From: a virus
Strand: one strand, 5' to 3'
DNA: 64,000 bases
IMG/VR virus record: IMGVR_UViG_3300045970_000382
Location: 64,001 to 128,000 of that record
Positions 40,037 through 49,964 of this stretch are shown here, one piece after another. The stretch's first letter is position 1. Each line of letters opens with the position of its first letter. The notes under the pieces are model-generated. The model saw only the letters and a list, made by a program, of their open reading frames with translations. It had not been told where the DNA came from and searched no databases. Position numbers and translations under genes: made by a program.

Positions 40037-41134
40037 TTAAAAAGCCTTGGTTGAGATCAAGTGCAAGAAATTACCATTGCAACTCTTGCAGGCTATAATG
40101 CCACTTGTGTAGCTGATACAGATGTGGGTCATTTTAGGTAAAACTCTATTCAATATTTCTGGATCAACTTGGAAACGGCCTGATTCAAGTAGAGTTGCAA
40201 CTTCAAAGCTATCATCACTCCTTCCTGATTTAGAAAGTGTGTCGAAGAATATGGTTTTATCTTTGCTTTCAATCTTGGTTATCATTTTGTCTTCAGGGGA
40301 TACCAAAATACAAGCTCTGCTTATGATATTTTCTAATTCTTTTGTTACTTCTATAAAAGAAGTAAACTTATTTTCTAAGGTACCTATCAAGTTTACAAAG
40401 TCTGTCTTAGTATCAACGTCTATTAAACGGGTAAATATAGTCGTATTTTCATCTATTTCTGCTATTAAGAATAAATTATCTTCATCTTCTGACACATAAA
40501 GATCTATATATTCTATATCCTCATTATCTGTTGGTTTAGCTTTTATCAATCTAATAAGTTGTTCACAAAAAGTGCTTGGAATAATTACATCTATAACAAT
40601 GTTATCCATGATATTGGGAGATTCGTACTTATATCTGCTGACAGTAATTCCATCAATTGAATAAAACTCTAATTTTCCTTCGTCAATAATTAGCCTTACC
40701 CCGCTCTTTTCAGGAGAAGATAAATCTTGAGAAATACTTACCAGACAACTAGCTAGACCATCTATAACATCTAGTGGTAAAGATATTTTTTGACATGATA
40801 TTATGTCTGGCATAGTGAAAATGAAATCCTCTTTAGGTAAGGTAGGGAAACTCATTTTTGTTCTACCACTCTTAAAGATAATTTCATCCATCTTTTTAAC
40901 TATTTCAACATCATTGCCTGAAATAGAATTCAGCATCTTTATAAGCAGAGCAGCGGGTATAGCACATTCTATATTATTTTTGTATTTTACTTCTATAGCC
41001 TGTAAATCATTGTAGGCTGTCACTTTAGTAGAATCAAAACAAAAATGGGTTAAGATCGGGGCAAATGATCTAGTCATGATAAAGGGATAAGCTTTATCTA
41101 AAAGATTTGATAATTCATTTTTATTCACTAGCAT
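40037..41134 (-). CDS. DNA sliding clamp (DnaN/beta-like)
   Basis: 365 aa; ...PILTHF.F......AYND...IEV, AIPA.LL, F.SGR....LP.EDF, SGV.L......YSIDG..VSR. Confidence 0.75.
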   Translation of the reverse strand: MLVNKNELSNLLDKAYPFIMTRSFAPILTHFCFDSTKVTAYNDLQAIEVKYKNNIECAIPAALLIKMLNSISGNDVEIVKKMDEIIFKSGRTKMSFPTLPKEDFIFTMPDIISCQKISLPLDVIDGLASCLVSISQDLSSPEKSGVRLIIDEGKLEFYSIDGITVSRYKYESPNIMDNIVIDVIIPSTFCEQLIRLIKAKPTDNEDIEYIDLYVSEDEDNLFLIAEIDENTTIFTRLIDVDTKTDFVNLIGTLENKFTSFIEVTKELENIISRACILVSPEDKMITKIESKDKTIFFDTLSKSGRSDDSFEVATLLESGRFQVDPEILNRVLPKMTHICISYTSGIIACKSCNGNFLHLISTKAF

Positions 41135-41136
41135 CT

Positions 41137-42660
41137 TTATTTTCCTTTAATTTTGGGTAAGATAATTTTATAATTTATTGAACCTAACAACTCTGTTATA
41201 TTTTCGGTTACTAATAAATTAATTTCATCTGTTGAAAGATTAATTGGGACTTTTAATTCCAAATCCAGTAATTTAATAATAGGTGAGACTTTTATTAATT
41301 TTGTTTCAGGTAATTGTTCAGTAGTTACTGTTATGGATAGTTCTTCTTCTGATTCCACTACAACAGTACTGGATTCATTAATGATTCTTGTTTGTTGTCT
41401 TTTTACCAGTTTGATTTCTTGTTTAACAGGAGTTATTTTTTCAACTTTAGTCTTTTTAAATATGGGATCTGAAGTAATTGATTGTTCTAGTTCCTTTAAA
41501 GTTAAATCTGTTAAATGAACTCTATTTTTCAATACATGTTGGTAATTATTTTCAGAACTTTTTTGTATTATTATTAACTTTTTCTTAGCTAATACCATTT
41601 CAGGTAAAAAATCTTTATTAAATTTGTCTTCAATAAAATAATCATTAATGGCTAAACAAGCAGAGGCATAATTATCGTAAGAATAAGATAAAAGAAATTT
41701 TAGATTGTCTTCTCTTTCAAAAATTCTATCAATAACAGTATAGATTCCAGGAACAGTATTTGAAGATGACGAAGCAGTACCTGCTAAATAAATATTCCCA
41801 CCTTGTTCATAATTAAAATTATCTTTATAGTGATTTTTTAATTCTTTTTCTGCATTAATGTAAAATAAGGCATTAACAGTATCGCGTTCTAAATATCCAA
41901 CATTTTTTTCAGCAGACAATTTTTCTATAGATGAATTTAAAGATGAGATATATGAATCAATTATTTTTCTATTGGATGGAGTTAAACCATAATAATGACT
42001 TGGACTAATAACACGACCTGCTGTCACTGCTATGCTTTTTATTCTATGAGGAAAATAATCGTATTTAACGACTTCATTATTCTTAATTACAAAATTTGGT
42101 ATTTGAATATGGCCTAGTCTAGCTCCAAATCCCCAAGTACTGGAATCACAACTATAAAATGGATATAGTTTTAATATATCAAGAGCAGTTGCAGCAAATC
42201 CATGAATCTTTACACGAGGTGATCCATCAGGAAGTTGAATATACTGCTCAAATACTCTTTTAATCCATCCCTCATACGGAGCAGCGTAAGGTCCTTTATT
42301 GACACCCGCTACGCCTATGTATTCATAGGCATCTATCATTTTAGATAACCATTTGAAATCTTCAAATAAATGAAATGCAGGAATAGGATATAATCCATTT
42401 GATTCCATGTATTTAAGTATGTCCCAACTGTATCCAGGATGACCAATCACATCTAAAGTCACATAGAATGTAAGATTTTTAGATGCATGTAAGTATCCAA
42501 TATACTTGTCAAGCATCGTTTTAAAAAATCTTGTTCTGATTATATTGTAATTTAGATTTGTATTACTTCTGAAGGATTTATCTTCGTAGTGCTGAATATA
42601 ACGAGCAAAAACTGTATGTGCTCCACTATCGAGTGATAACCATAACTCTTTATCTTTCAT
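41137..42660 (-). CDS. TGT-like / DpdA-like 7-deazaguanine DNA transglycosylase
   Basis: LDSGAHT, TLDVIG, PIPAFH, YIGVAG, KIHGFA, YPFYSCDSSTW; FolE and QueD-like genes nearby. Confidence 0.7.
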   Translation of the reverse strand: MKDKELWLSLDSGAHTVFARYIQHYEDKSFRSNTNLNYNIIRTRFFKTMLDKYIGYLHASKNLTFYVTLDVIGHPGYSWDILKYMESNGLYPIPAFHLFEDFKWLSKMIDAYEYIGVAGVNKGPYAAPYEGWIKRVFEQYIQLPDGSPRVKIHGFAATALDILKLYPFYSCDSSTWGFGARLGHIQIPNFVIKNNEVVKYDYFPHRIKSIAVTAGRVISPSHYYGLTPSNRKIIDSYISSLNSSIEKLSAEKNVGYLERDTVNALFYINAEKELKNHYKDNFNYEQGGNIYLAGTASSSSNTVPGIYTVIDRIFEREDNLKFLLSYSYDNYASACLAINDYFIEDKFNKDFLPEMVLAKKKLIIIQKSSENNYQHVLKNRVHLTDLTLKELEQSITSDPIFKKTKVEKITPVKQEIKLVKRQQTRIINESSTVVVESEEELSITVTTEQLPETKLIKVSPIIKLLDLELKVPINLSTDEINLLVTENITELLGSINYKIILPKIKGK

Positions 42661-42679
42661 CTATTATCCATTTAAATTT

Positions 42680-42779
42680 TGCTGTTTAAGCCGTGTTTTT
42701 ATACAGTGCTATGGTGGTATTACCGCCACCATTTTCTAATCGTCAGCACGTTGTTTTAGTTGAATTTTTACAGGTTTTA
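42680..42779 (-). repeat. Dispersed ~97-bp repeat, copy C
   Basis: - strand TAAAACCTGTAAAAATTCAACTAAAAC...AAACACGGCTTAAACAGCA; overlaps 3' end of HNH copy 4. Confidence 0.6.
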
Positions 42780-43342
42780 TCGTGTACTTCATAATTCATT
42801 AAAACAATATAAACTCTTGAATCAAGATTCTTTTTATACATACGAGTTACTCTTTTTATTTCAGCTTCTTTAGCATTTTTATAAGCTAAAAATGCCAATT
42901 CAATTGTTGGAAAATGACCTAATGATTTATTCTTTTTATTAATGTAACAAAGAGCCCTATAAGGGCTCTTTGTTCTATTTGACCAAGATACTCCAATTGG
43001 AAGATTATTATTTTTACTCTTATAACATGTCATAATGCAGTTCAGTTCTTGGGGCAGTAATACACACGTATCTTTACTATAGATTTTATTATCTTTAATA
43101 AGAATATCTTTGTCAAGTTGCCAATTTAAATTAGAACCATTCATAGCTAGATAATCATGACAAAAATTTTGAAAATTATGCCATCTTTCATCTACTGTAC
43201 AACCAATGTAACTCTGTTGTTTATCTTGAACCTTTTTAACATAACATCTAAAGAGCATTGTACTCCAAGTAAAATAGATTCGTCTATGAGACACCGACGA
43301 ATATTGGCCTTCTCCAAGAATACCTACACCATGTGCTGCCAT
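42743..43342 (-). CDS. HNH-AP2 endonuclease (copy 4, N-terminally shortened)
   Basis: Same core motifs; lacks the ~50-aa IKVGD.F.T domain; C-terminus runs into repeat C. Confidence 0.75.
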   Translation of the reverse strand: MAAHGVGILGEGQYSSVSHRRIYFTWSTMLFRCYVKKVQDKQQSYIGCTVDERWHNFQNFCHDYLAMNGSNLNWQLDKDILIKDNKIYSKDTCVLLPQELNCIMTCYKSKNNNLPIGVSWSNRTKSPYRALCYINKKNKSLGHFPTIELAFLAYKNAKEAEIKRVTRMYKKNLDSRVYIVLMNYEVHDKTCKNSTKTTC

Positions 43343-43344
43343 AT

Positions 43345-44472
43345 TTATTCGTAATTCCTTACACAGATTCCTCTTGCATGAAACGGCACTTTATACTCTG
43401 TTAGGTTCTGGTAACGGACTGTCAAATATTTACCTATTAAGTTCTCTTTGTCTTTAAACCATCTTGTTCTTGTAGCAGCATCGCCTTTTGGCCTCACATT
43501 AAATTCAGCACCTAACTTTGTGGCACACGTAAAAATGATTTGATTTTCTTCTTTACCTACACCACAGTATCCACCTGTGATAATAAATTCTTCTTCAAAG
43601 TAATCCTTTAATTTTAACAAATCATAAGATCGATAATCTACTTTGTATAAACCATCTTTGTTGCGTAACATACTACCTTCATACCCTTGTTCTACTGCTT
43701 GGATATGAAATTCTTGAATTTCATCATAGCTATTTACTTTTATAGTCTCAACTAGATGTATATTTTCAGTAGAGCTACCAAACCATTTATTTAGCTCCTC
43801 AAATCTTTCATAATAAGGAACATCGAGTCTCACAAAATCATAGATATGAAATTGTATAGGATTATCTGATATGTTTTCACGAGATGTTAAAACTCTTTTA
43901 ATCCTACTTACTATTTGATTCAGTGGTAAGTTTGGATTATATAATTCTCCATCAAGTATTGTTCCGACAGGGCATTTTTCAAGTATCTGTTTGCTAAAAA
44001 TATCTAAGGTAGTAAAAGGTTTGTTTTTTCGTGAAGTAAATTTAACTGTGTTATTAGGCATAACTTCTGCTAAACATCTAACCCCATCCAGCTTTCGTTG
44101 TACGTATGCGGGGTATTTAAGTCTATCAGGGTGTTTAAGATATGACTGTGCCAGCATTGGTAGTATTATCTTATTTTCATTACAATCCTGTAAATCTTTT
44201 CGATAACCTTCATCTCGTTTTTTTTCAGCAGTCGAATCTAATTCAGACCATGCCTGCATAAGTGGAGAAGTTTCATTGCTCTTACCAATATTTTTACCTG
44301 ATCTAATATGTTTGACAGCTTGTTGTTTCTTACCGTCAATATATCCATGTTCTACTACAATGTCAGCACTTTTATCATCTTGACTTTCAATCCATCCTGA
44401 CCAGACTTTAATTTTGCCTGTTGATGACTTCCCAAATAGAGTTATTTTATTGCTTATTGTAATCATTGCCAC
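43345..44472 (-). CDS. ATP-dependent DNA ligase
   Basis: PMLA, QRKLDGVRC, LDGELY, FHIYD, YEGSMLR, LLKLK, TVRYQ, PFHARG. Confidence 0.92.
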   Translation of the reverse strand: MAMITISNKITLFGKSSTGKIKVWSGWIESQDDKSADIVVEHGYIDGKKQQAVKHIRSGKNIGKSNETSPLMQAWSELDSTAEKKRDEGYRKDLQDCNENKIILPMLAQSYLKHPDRLKYPAYVQRKLDGVRCLAEVMPNNTVKFTSRKNKPFTTLDIFSKQILEKCPVGTILDGELYNPNLPLNQIVSRIKRVLTSRENISDNPIQFHIYDFVRLDVPYYERFEELNKWFGSSTENIHLVETIKVNSYDEIQEFHIQAVEQGYEGSMLRNKDGLYKVDYRSYDLLKLKDYFEEEFIITGGYCGVGKEENQIIFTCATKLGAEFNVRPKGDAATRTRWFKDKENLIGKYLTVRYQNLTEYKVPFHARGICVRNYE

Positions 44473-44497
44473 TCCTTTTATATTGCTTTAAAAACAT

Positions 44498-44526
44498 ATT
44501 ATACATAAACTATACAGTCAAGTCAA
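44498..44526 (-). promoter_or_regulatory. sigma70-type promoter
   Basis: TTGACT-N17-TATAAT upstream of ligase. Confidence 0.75.
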
Positions 44527-44543
44527 GAGTTATAACTTGTTAA

Positions 44544-45278
44544 TTAATCATTAAATTCTACTACACGATTCATTAAAGCAACATATACTCTTGATTCTAA
44601 TAAATTTTTGTAAAAATTAGCCAGTCTTTTAAATTCAGTTTCTTTAGCTACTTTATAAGTTAGATATGCTTCTTGTTCTGTTTTGTAAGAACCAAGATAT
44701 TTATATTTTCCTTTAATACTACATTGAGCTATATATGGATTTATATAACGTTCATCATAAGTAACTCCAATACGAAATTCACCTCTATTAGCATTACATT
44801 TTTCTAAAACATTATTTATCTCTTGTGGTACTAAACAACATGTTTCTGGTGAATAGATTTTATTACCTTTAAATAATATATCTTTATCCAATTGCCAATT
44901 TAAATCTGAAATCATCATTAGTAAATAATCGTGACAAAAATTTTGAAAGTTCCACCATCTTTCACAAACAATACATCCAATATAAGATTGTTGTCTTGAT
45001 TGAGTTTCTAAATCATAACACCTTCGTAACATTTGAAACCAAACCATATAAATTCTTGGATGTGATGTACGAGAATAATTTCCTACGCCAATATAACCAA
45101 TTCCAGAAATACTAGGATGATTTGGATTTTTAACATGACCTCCTCTTAAATTACTTGCTTGACAAATTATTTCAAATCCATTTTCAAATCTAACTTTCAC
45201 ATTTCTTGAATCTATAAATTCTATAACAGTACAAGATCCATAATTATCCGTTTTAAAAACATCTCCAATTTTAATCAT
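44544..45278 (-). CDS. HNH-AP2 homing endonuclease (copy 5)
   Basis: Colinear paralog. Confidence 0.8.
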   Translation of the reverse strand: MIKIGDVFKTDNYGSCTVIEFIDSRNVKVRFENGFEIICQASNLRGGHVKNPNHPSISGIGYIGVGNYSRTSHPRIYMVWFQMLRRCYDLETQSRQQSYIGCIVCERWWNFQNFCHDYLLMMISDLNWQLDKDILFKGNKIYSPETCCLVPQEINNVLEKCNANRGEFRIGVTYDERYINPYIAQCSIKGKYKYLGSYKTEQEAYLTYKVAKETEFKRLANFYKNLLESRVYVALMNRVVEFND

Positions 45279-45492
45279 TTTTTAGTTTCTCTGAAGTGTT
45301 GATTATATTAACCCATTCTTTTATAACACGCATTTTACTGTGGGGTGTCAAAACTGAATCAAAATGTAGACGAAATCGATCTATCTCATATTTCGTTACT
45401 TCGTTTAGACGAAAAATTCTTAAGACAGTCTCTTTTAACTCGAAAGGAGACGAATTCTTATTTCCATAAATAGATAGATTGTAACGAGGCAT
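45271..45492 (-). CDS. Hypothetical protein
   Basis: 73-aa ORF in operon. Confidence 0.5.
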   Translation of the reverse strand: MPRYNLSIYGNKNSSPFELKETVLRIFRLNEVTKYEIDRFRLHFDSVLTPHSKMRVIKEWVNIINTSEKLKND

Positions 45493-45495
45493 TTC

Positions 45496-45852
45496 TTATT
45501 TTAAAAAACCTTGTAGAACTATAGATCCATTTTCATTATCTTCTGAAACAGATACTTTATCTGCATTAAAGTGAGTTAAGATTAATTCAGCCAGTAATTC
45601 ACAGCTTGTTGTACCCATATATGGTATGTTGTTTATTTTATTGGGGAAAATAGTAGTGAGAAAATCATTGACTCTATGTTTTAGTTCAATAAATTCAATA
45701 TTACGATCTGAATGATAAACTGGAATTACTACTTCTATATGAAATATATGCCTGTGATAGTTTTTTAAATATTGGCATTCTTCTGTATCAAGTATATCTT
45801 TCCAACAATGAAGTCCCTCGAATGTGGTTTTACAAAATATATATCTTTTCAT
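45496..45852 (-). CDS. QueD-like (6-pyruvoyl-tetrahydropterin synthase-like) T-fold protein
   Basis: FEGLHCW...YL...HRHIFH...DR.IEFIELK...SCELLAE...VSEDNENG. Confidence 0.7.
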   Translation of the reverse strand: MKRYIFCKTTFEGLHCWKDILDTEECQYLKNYHRHIFHIEVVIPVYHSDRNIEFIELKHRVNDFLTTIFPNKINNIPYMGTTSCELLAELILTHFNADKVSVSEDNENGSIVLQGFLK

Positions 45853-46974
45853 TCAATTTAGCCTTGTCATAGAAGAAATAATATGATGGAACATATTGGG
45901 TATAGCAGCAGCACTTTTAGTTTCCACTTGTTCTCTATTAACGTTTATTAATTCAGATAAATAATTATTATCCATTTTTTGAAAAGTATCTAATAATTTT
46001 AGAGTGTATTGTGTAGAGTAATCAGTATTAGCAGGATATCTAAACAGGTCTAAGAATATTTCAGGATATGATAATGCATCAGGAACTATGGGGATGCAAC
46101 CTGCAAAAAGTGATTCAATCATACTGATTCCAAAAGTCTCTTGTTTGGCTAAAGATATACTGTATTTGCATTGGTTTAATAGAGTGTAAAACTCATCCTT
46201 AGTCTTAGTAAGATTTTGAGTAATTTTTAATTCATAGCCACGATTCTTTAATTCTTTATTAAGGAAATCTAATGAACTTTTACTTTTTTCTTTACTAAGT
46301 CTATGTGGAAAAGCTACCCAATTTTTCTTATGTTCAAGTTTTGTATTGACTAAAGATATTGAATCATAAAACGGTAAAGATGTCACTTTGATTTTTTTAT
46401 TAATAGATATATAATCTTTATCATCTAATTGTGTTCTCACAAATTTAAGAATTAAATTTTTATGGAACTCCGTTGCTACGAAAATGGTATTTGAAATTAA
46501 AAGCCAACCTGTTTCAAAATTTTTTGACCAATTTTGGACACATTTTTGATAAGTTAAATCCCACTCGTCCCAAGTTCCAGCGTGCAATATGCCAAATATT
46601 TTTATTGATATTTCTAACATGGATTCAATATATTTTAATTGCTCTATACCAGGATTCCACAAGTCGTGAAAAAACACTCCAAACTCAGTTTCACCCTCAT
46701 AGTGGTGATGTTTAATAATTTTTATTATTTCACACATCTGGGATGTTTTCCAAATGCCTGTATTTAATGGATTTAAAAAATGATGATTATCTATTGTATT
46801 TGAATCAAGTTTACTTCCATAAACAGTTATATAAGTTATGCCATTTTTATCACCTGAAAGTATTTTATTTAGATAAGATCTAATCCATTCATCCCATTGT
46901 TTGCTATAACGGTTTTCTATCGGTTCGATTGGAGCATTGATTAAAAACATTGTTTTATTCCTTATTATAAACAT
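45853..46974 (-). CDS. Glycosyltransferase (GT-B, GT4-like)
   Basis: PIEPIENRYSKQW, FPHRLSKEK, QETFGISMIES...GCIPIVPDALSYPE. Confidence 0.8.
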   Translation of the reverse strand: MFIIRNKTMFLINAPIEPIENRYSKQWDEWIRSYLNKILSGDKNGITYITVYGSKLDSNTIDNHHFLNPLNTGIWKTSQMCEIIKIIKHHHYEGETEFGVFFHDLWNPGIEQLKYIESMLEISIKIFGILHAGTWDEWDLTYQKCVQNWSKNFETGWLLISNTIFVATEFHKNLILKFVRTQLDDKDYISINKKIKVTSLPFYDSISLVNTKLEHKKNWVAFPHRLSKEKSKSSLDFLNKELKNRGYELKITQNLTKTKDEFYTLLNQCKYSISLAKQETFGISMIESLFAGCIPIVPDALSYPEIFLDLFRYPANTDYSTQYTLKLLDTFQKMDNNYLSELINVNREQVETKSAAAIPNMFHHIISSMTRLN

Positions 46975-47242
46975 TTAGTATTTGAGTAGGCCAGTTTTGT
47001 ATCTCTTTTTTTAATGATTCTTTACCCGTGTCCCCACTCATGTAGAAATCGAAAAGGCGACATTGTTCTGAAATAATTTTCATATTTTCAGCTAATAATT
47101 CTATACCTTTTATTATTTCAATGTCTTCGTGTGTAATATCATAATCTATTATTCCTTTTACTGAATTATGTATATCTGATAACATTTCATCTGCTAAATT
47201 GCTGATCTGATAATGCACGTAATTGTAGTGTCCTCCACTCAT
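46955..47242 (-). CDS. Hypothetical protein
   Basis: MSGGHYNY...YMSGDTG.E conserved-looking phage motif; GGAG RBS. Confidence 0.55.
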   Translation of the reverse strand: MSGGHYNYVHYQISNLADEMLSDIHNSVKGIIDYDITHEDIEIIKGIELLAENMKIISEQCRLFDFYMSGDTGKESLKKEIQNWPTQILNVYNKE

Positions 47243-47252
47243 TTTGTTTCTC

Positions 47253-47822
47253 CTATCTTATTGAGTCAAAAAATTCTGTTCGAGAAACTAGGTTCTCAAA
47301 ACAACCAAGGTATGCAGTTGTAGATATAGTGCTGTTATGAGTTTTTACTCCCCTAATTTTCATACAAAGATGCTGTCCTGTAATATGCACTATACAGCCT
47401 TTTGATTTAAGACTTCTATCAAGAGTTTTAACAATATCTGTTGTTAATTGCTCTTGAAGAATTGGTCTAGCTGCTAGTAATTCAATAACTCGTGGTATTT
47501 TACTTAATCCAATAACTACATTATTTGGAATATACGCAAAATTTATTTTCATCTCAACTGGGAGAAAATGGTGTGGGCAAACACTCCAAACATCTAAATT
47601 CCTGAACGTTATCATTTCGTTATAATCTGCTGGAAATGTTGTATTAAGAATCTTTTCCATTTCTTTTTCAGAATCGGGACTTAATCCTCTAAATATCTCT
47701 TTGTATGATCTTGCTACTCTAGCAGGGGTTTGTGCAAAATTAGGATCATTTAAATCTAATCCTAGAGTTTCTAATATGGATTTAAAGTGTTGTTCAATAT
47801 CTAATAATTGATTAGGTGTCAT
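47253..47822 (-). CDS. folE: GTP cyclohydrolase I
   Basis: TPARVAR, SVCPHHFLP, AYIP, IGLSKIPR, LQEQLT, HLCMKIRGV. Confidence 0.93.
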   Translation of the reverse strand: MTPNQLLDIEQHFKSILETLGLDLNDPNFAQTPARVARSYKEIFRGLSPDSEKEMEKILNTTFPADYNEMITFRNLDVWSVCPHHFLPVEMKINFAYIPNNVVIGLSKIPRVIELLAARPILQEQLTTDIVKTLDRSLKSKGCIVHITGQHLCMKIRGVKTHNSTISTTAYLGCFENLVSRTEFFDSIR

Positions 47823-47878
47823 ATTATTTCCTTAAAGTATATCCGATTATTTTACATCGGATATACTTTAGTTATTTA

Positions 47879-48847
47879 TTACTCTGTTACTTGTTCTTTT
47901 TCCTGTTCTTTTAACAGTTTAGCTGCCTTACGCTCTTCATTCAATTTTTGTAATGGAGAAGTAGCACGTTTTATTTCTGTTTTTATATCCTCATTAAAGA
48001 AACAATGAAAACCAGCAGTATCAATGAACGCAGAAACTATTGTTTCCAATTCTTCTTCTGATTTGGAATCTATTTTTATTAGTATATAATCATCTGGTAT
48101 GGGGTGTTTTGGTCCTTGTATTTTTTCTTGTTCTTCTATCTCTTTTTCTTCTTGCAAAACTTCGTTGTGGTCTTTAACATCGTTTTTTCCAGTAGCCTTG
48201 TCAACATGCTTTTTCAATTCAGCTACAGACCACTTTTTATCCACTGCTTTTTGAGCCATAGCAAGTTGTTCTTCTTTGGGTAATGATAAAATATTTAAAC
48301 CATGCCAATATTCCAATTCTTTCTTAGTAATCATTGTTTGGATAGCACTTTCAAGCTTTATAAGTCTCAAAGCATTAGCCACATGGGGTCGTGACTTACC
48401 AATTTGTTTGGCGAGTGTTTCTTGAGTAAACTTGCCTTTTTCCATAAGACTTCTCAAGGCGTATGCTTCTTCTATGGGCGATAAATCAGTCCGTTGTAAG
48501 TTTTCAATCAAAGCTAGTAACGAAGATTCATTTTCAGTATGAACAGATATGATTGCTTTAATGCGTTTTTTATCCAATAAAATATGTGCCCGCCAGCGAC
48601 GTTCACCAGCAATCAGTTCATATTCTTCTCCATCTTCAGCCGGTTCTTCTAACAAACGAACTGCTATGGGTTGAATCATGCCATTAACATCAATGGATTC
48701 AGCCAGCTCTTCTAACTCTTTTTGGTTAAAATCCTTTCGGGGTTGGTTCCGATTAGGGACGATGTTTGAAACTTCTACGAATTTCAATTCGTCAGTCAGA
48801 GTTTCAGTGACGGTTTTTCTTTTTAAAGCACTCATAATATTCTCCAA
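47879..48847 (-). CDS. parB: ParB/Spo0J-family protein
   Basis: NQPRKDF, LAESI, GMIQPIAVR, YELIAGERRWRA, IENLQR.DLSPIEEA; HTH TQETLAKQIGKSRPHVANALRL. Confidence 0.9.
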   Translation of the reverse strand: MENIMSALKRKTVTETLTDELKFVEVSNIVPNRNQPRKDFNQKELEELAESIDVNGMIQPIAVRLLEEPAEDGEEYELIAGERRWRAHILLDKKRIKAIISVHTENESSLLALIENLQRTDLSPIEEAYALRSLMEKGKFTQETLAKQIGKSRPHVANALRLIKLESAIQTMITKKELEYWHGLNILSLPKEEQLAMAQKAVDKKWSVAELKKHVDKATGKNDVKDHNEVLQEEKEIEEQEKIQGPKHPIPDDYILIKIDSKSEEELETIVSAFIDTAGFHCFFNEDIKTEIKRATSPLQKLNEERKAAKLLKEQEKEQVTE

Positions 48848-48898
48848 TTGATAAGATTAATATGTTTTATAAATTACAAATAAATAAAATCATGGCTT

Positions 48899-48927
48899 AT
48901 TATATACAAACTAAAACCGCTTGTAAA
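48899..48927 (-). promoter_or_regulatory. sigma70-type promoter
   Basis: TTTACA-N17-TATAAT upstream of parB. Confidence 0.65.
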
Positions 48928-48955
48928 GTGTTTTATAAAACTTTTTTAGGGGAAC

Positions 48956-48980
48956 AAGACCCCGTTTTAAACGGAGTCTT
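48956..48980 (-). terminator. Hairpin, possible terminator
   Basis: AAGACUCCGUUU-AAAACGGGGUCUU after 49014 ORF; weak U-tail. Confidence 0.4.
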
Positions 48981-49013
48981 ATCTTAAGATATGCACTTTA
49001 GAGTGCATTGAGA

Positions 49014-49619
49014 TTATTTTTTAGTAATAGAAAAGACTTCACCAGCTGCATTGACAATTTGGCCTTTTTTGACAGCAGCTTCAAGTATACGGAGACTGTT
49101 ATACCAGATGATATGAGCAGAAGATCTTTTTGCAACTACGTTAAGTTTTTCTAATTCATCCATTAGACAATCGAGAGTTAAATCAAAATGGTCAAGAATA
49201 ATTTCCCGCATAATGCCACTGTTGCTGGGTGCTGAAACTTTAGGAGTTTTAGGAGTTTTAGGTTCTTTTGCAGTTTTAGGAACTTTAGGTTCTTTTGCAG
49301 CTTTAACAGGTTTTGGTTCTTTTTCAGTTTTTTCTTTGATTGAACGGATTCTGGCAGGTTTTGCAACAATTGGAGTGTAAGCAGCAATAACTTCATCTAG
49401 ACCATCCAGTTCAGGTGGTACCCAATCATCATTATCAATATTATTCTCGAATCCATCTGCAAAAAGTATGTACCAATCTTGAGCTTCAGGATCTAACGCG
49501 TCCCAATCTTCTTCTGGAGCTTTTGACAGCAAGAGAGCAACTTCTTTTAAGTATTCAAGTTTATCTTCGCCTGCATAAGGCTTTTTTAAAAATTCTTCTA
49601 TCTTATCATATACTGACAT
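49014..49619 (-). CDS. Hypothetical protein with acidic N-terminus and Lys/Pro-rich repeat linker
   Basis: AKEPKVPKTAKEPKTPKTPK; GAGG RBS; promoter TTTACT-N17-TACAAT at 49686-49714. Confidence 0.6.
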   Translation of the reverse strand: MSVYDKIEEFLKKPYAGEDKLEYLKEVALLLSKAPEEDWDALDPEAQDWYILFADGFENNIDNDDWVPPELDGLDEVIAAYTPIVAKPARIRSIKEKTEKEPKPVKAAKEPKVPKTAKEPKTPKTPKVSAPSNSGIMREIILDHFDLTLDCLMDELEKLNVVAKRSSAHIIWYNSLRILEAAVKKGQIVNAAGEVFSITKK

Positions 49620-49733
49620 AATTATTTTCCTCTTATTAAAAGTTATTAGATTTTTAATTAAAAATCTTAATTAAAATGAGCGTGAATTGTAGTTCAAAAA
49701 TCTTATAAAGTAAAGAGTTGATTTAAATTAATT

Positions 49734-49943
49734 TTACAGTTTAGTAAATGGATAATTCCCCTTAATTTCAGCATTTAAAAATTTGCCTTTTGAATCGGCA
49801 TCTAAAAAGTCTTCAAAAATTTTTAATGGCACATGATTATACATATACTCGGAGCCATTTTTAAATTCAACAGTTAACTCCTTGCTTTCTTCATTGTAAG
49901 ACAGACTTGCAATATTACTGGATGATACCTCAATTTTTTTCAT
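49734..49943 (-). CDS. KTSC domain protein
   Basis: VSSSNIASLSY....ELTVEFKNGSEYMY..VP...F..FL.ADSKGKFLN..IKG.Y. Confidence 0.9.
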   Translation of the reverse strand: MKKIEVSSSNIASLSYNEESKELTVEFKNGSEYMYNHVPLKIFEDFLDADSKGKFLNAEIKGNYPFTKL

Positions 49944-49964
49944 ATATTACTCCTATGTTAATAA

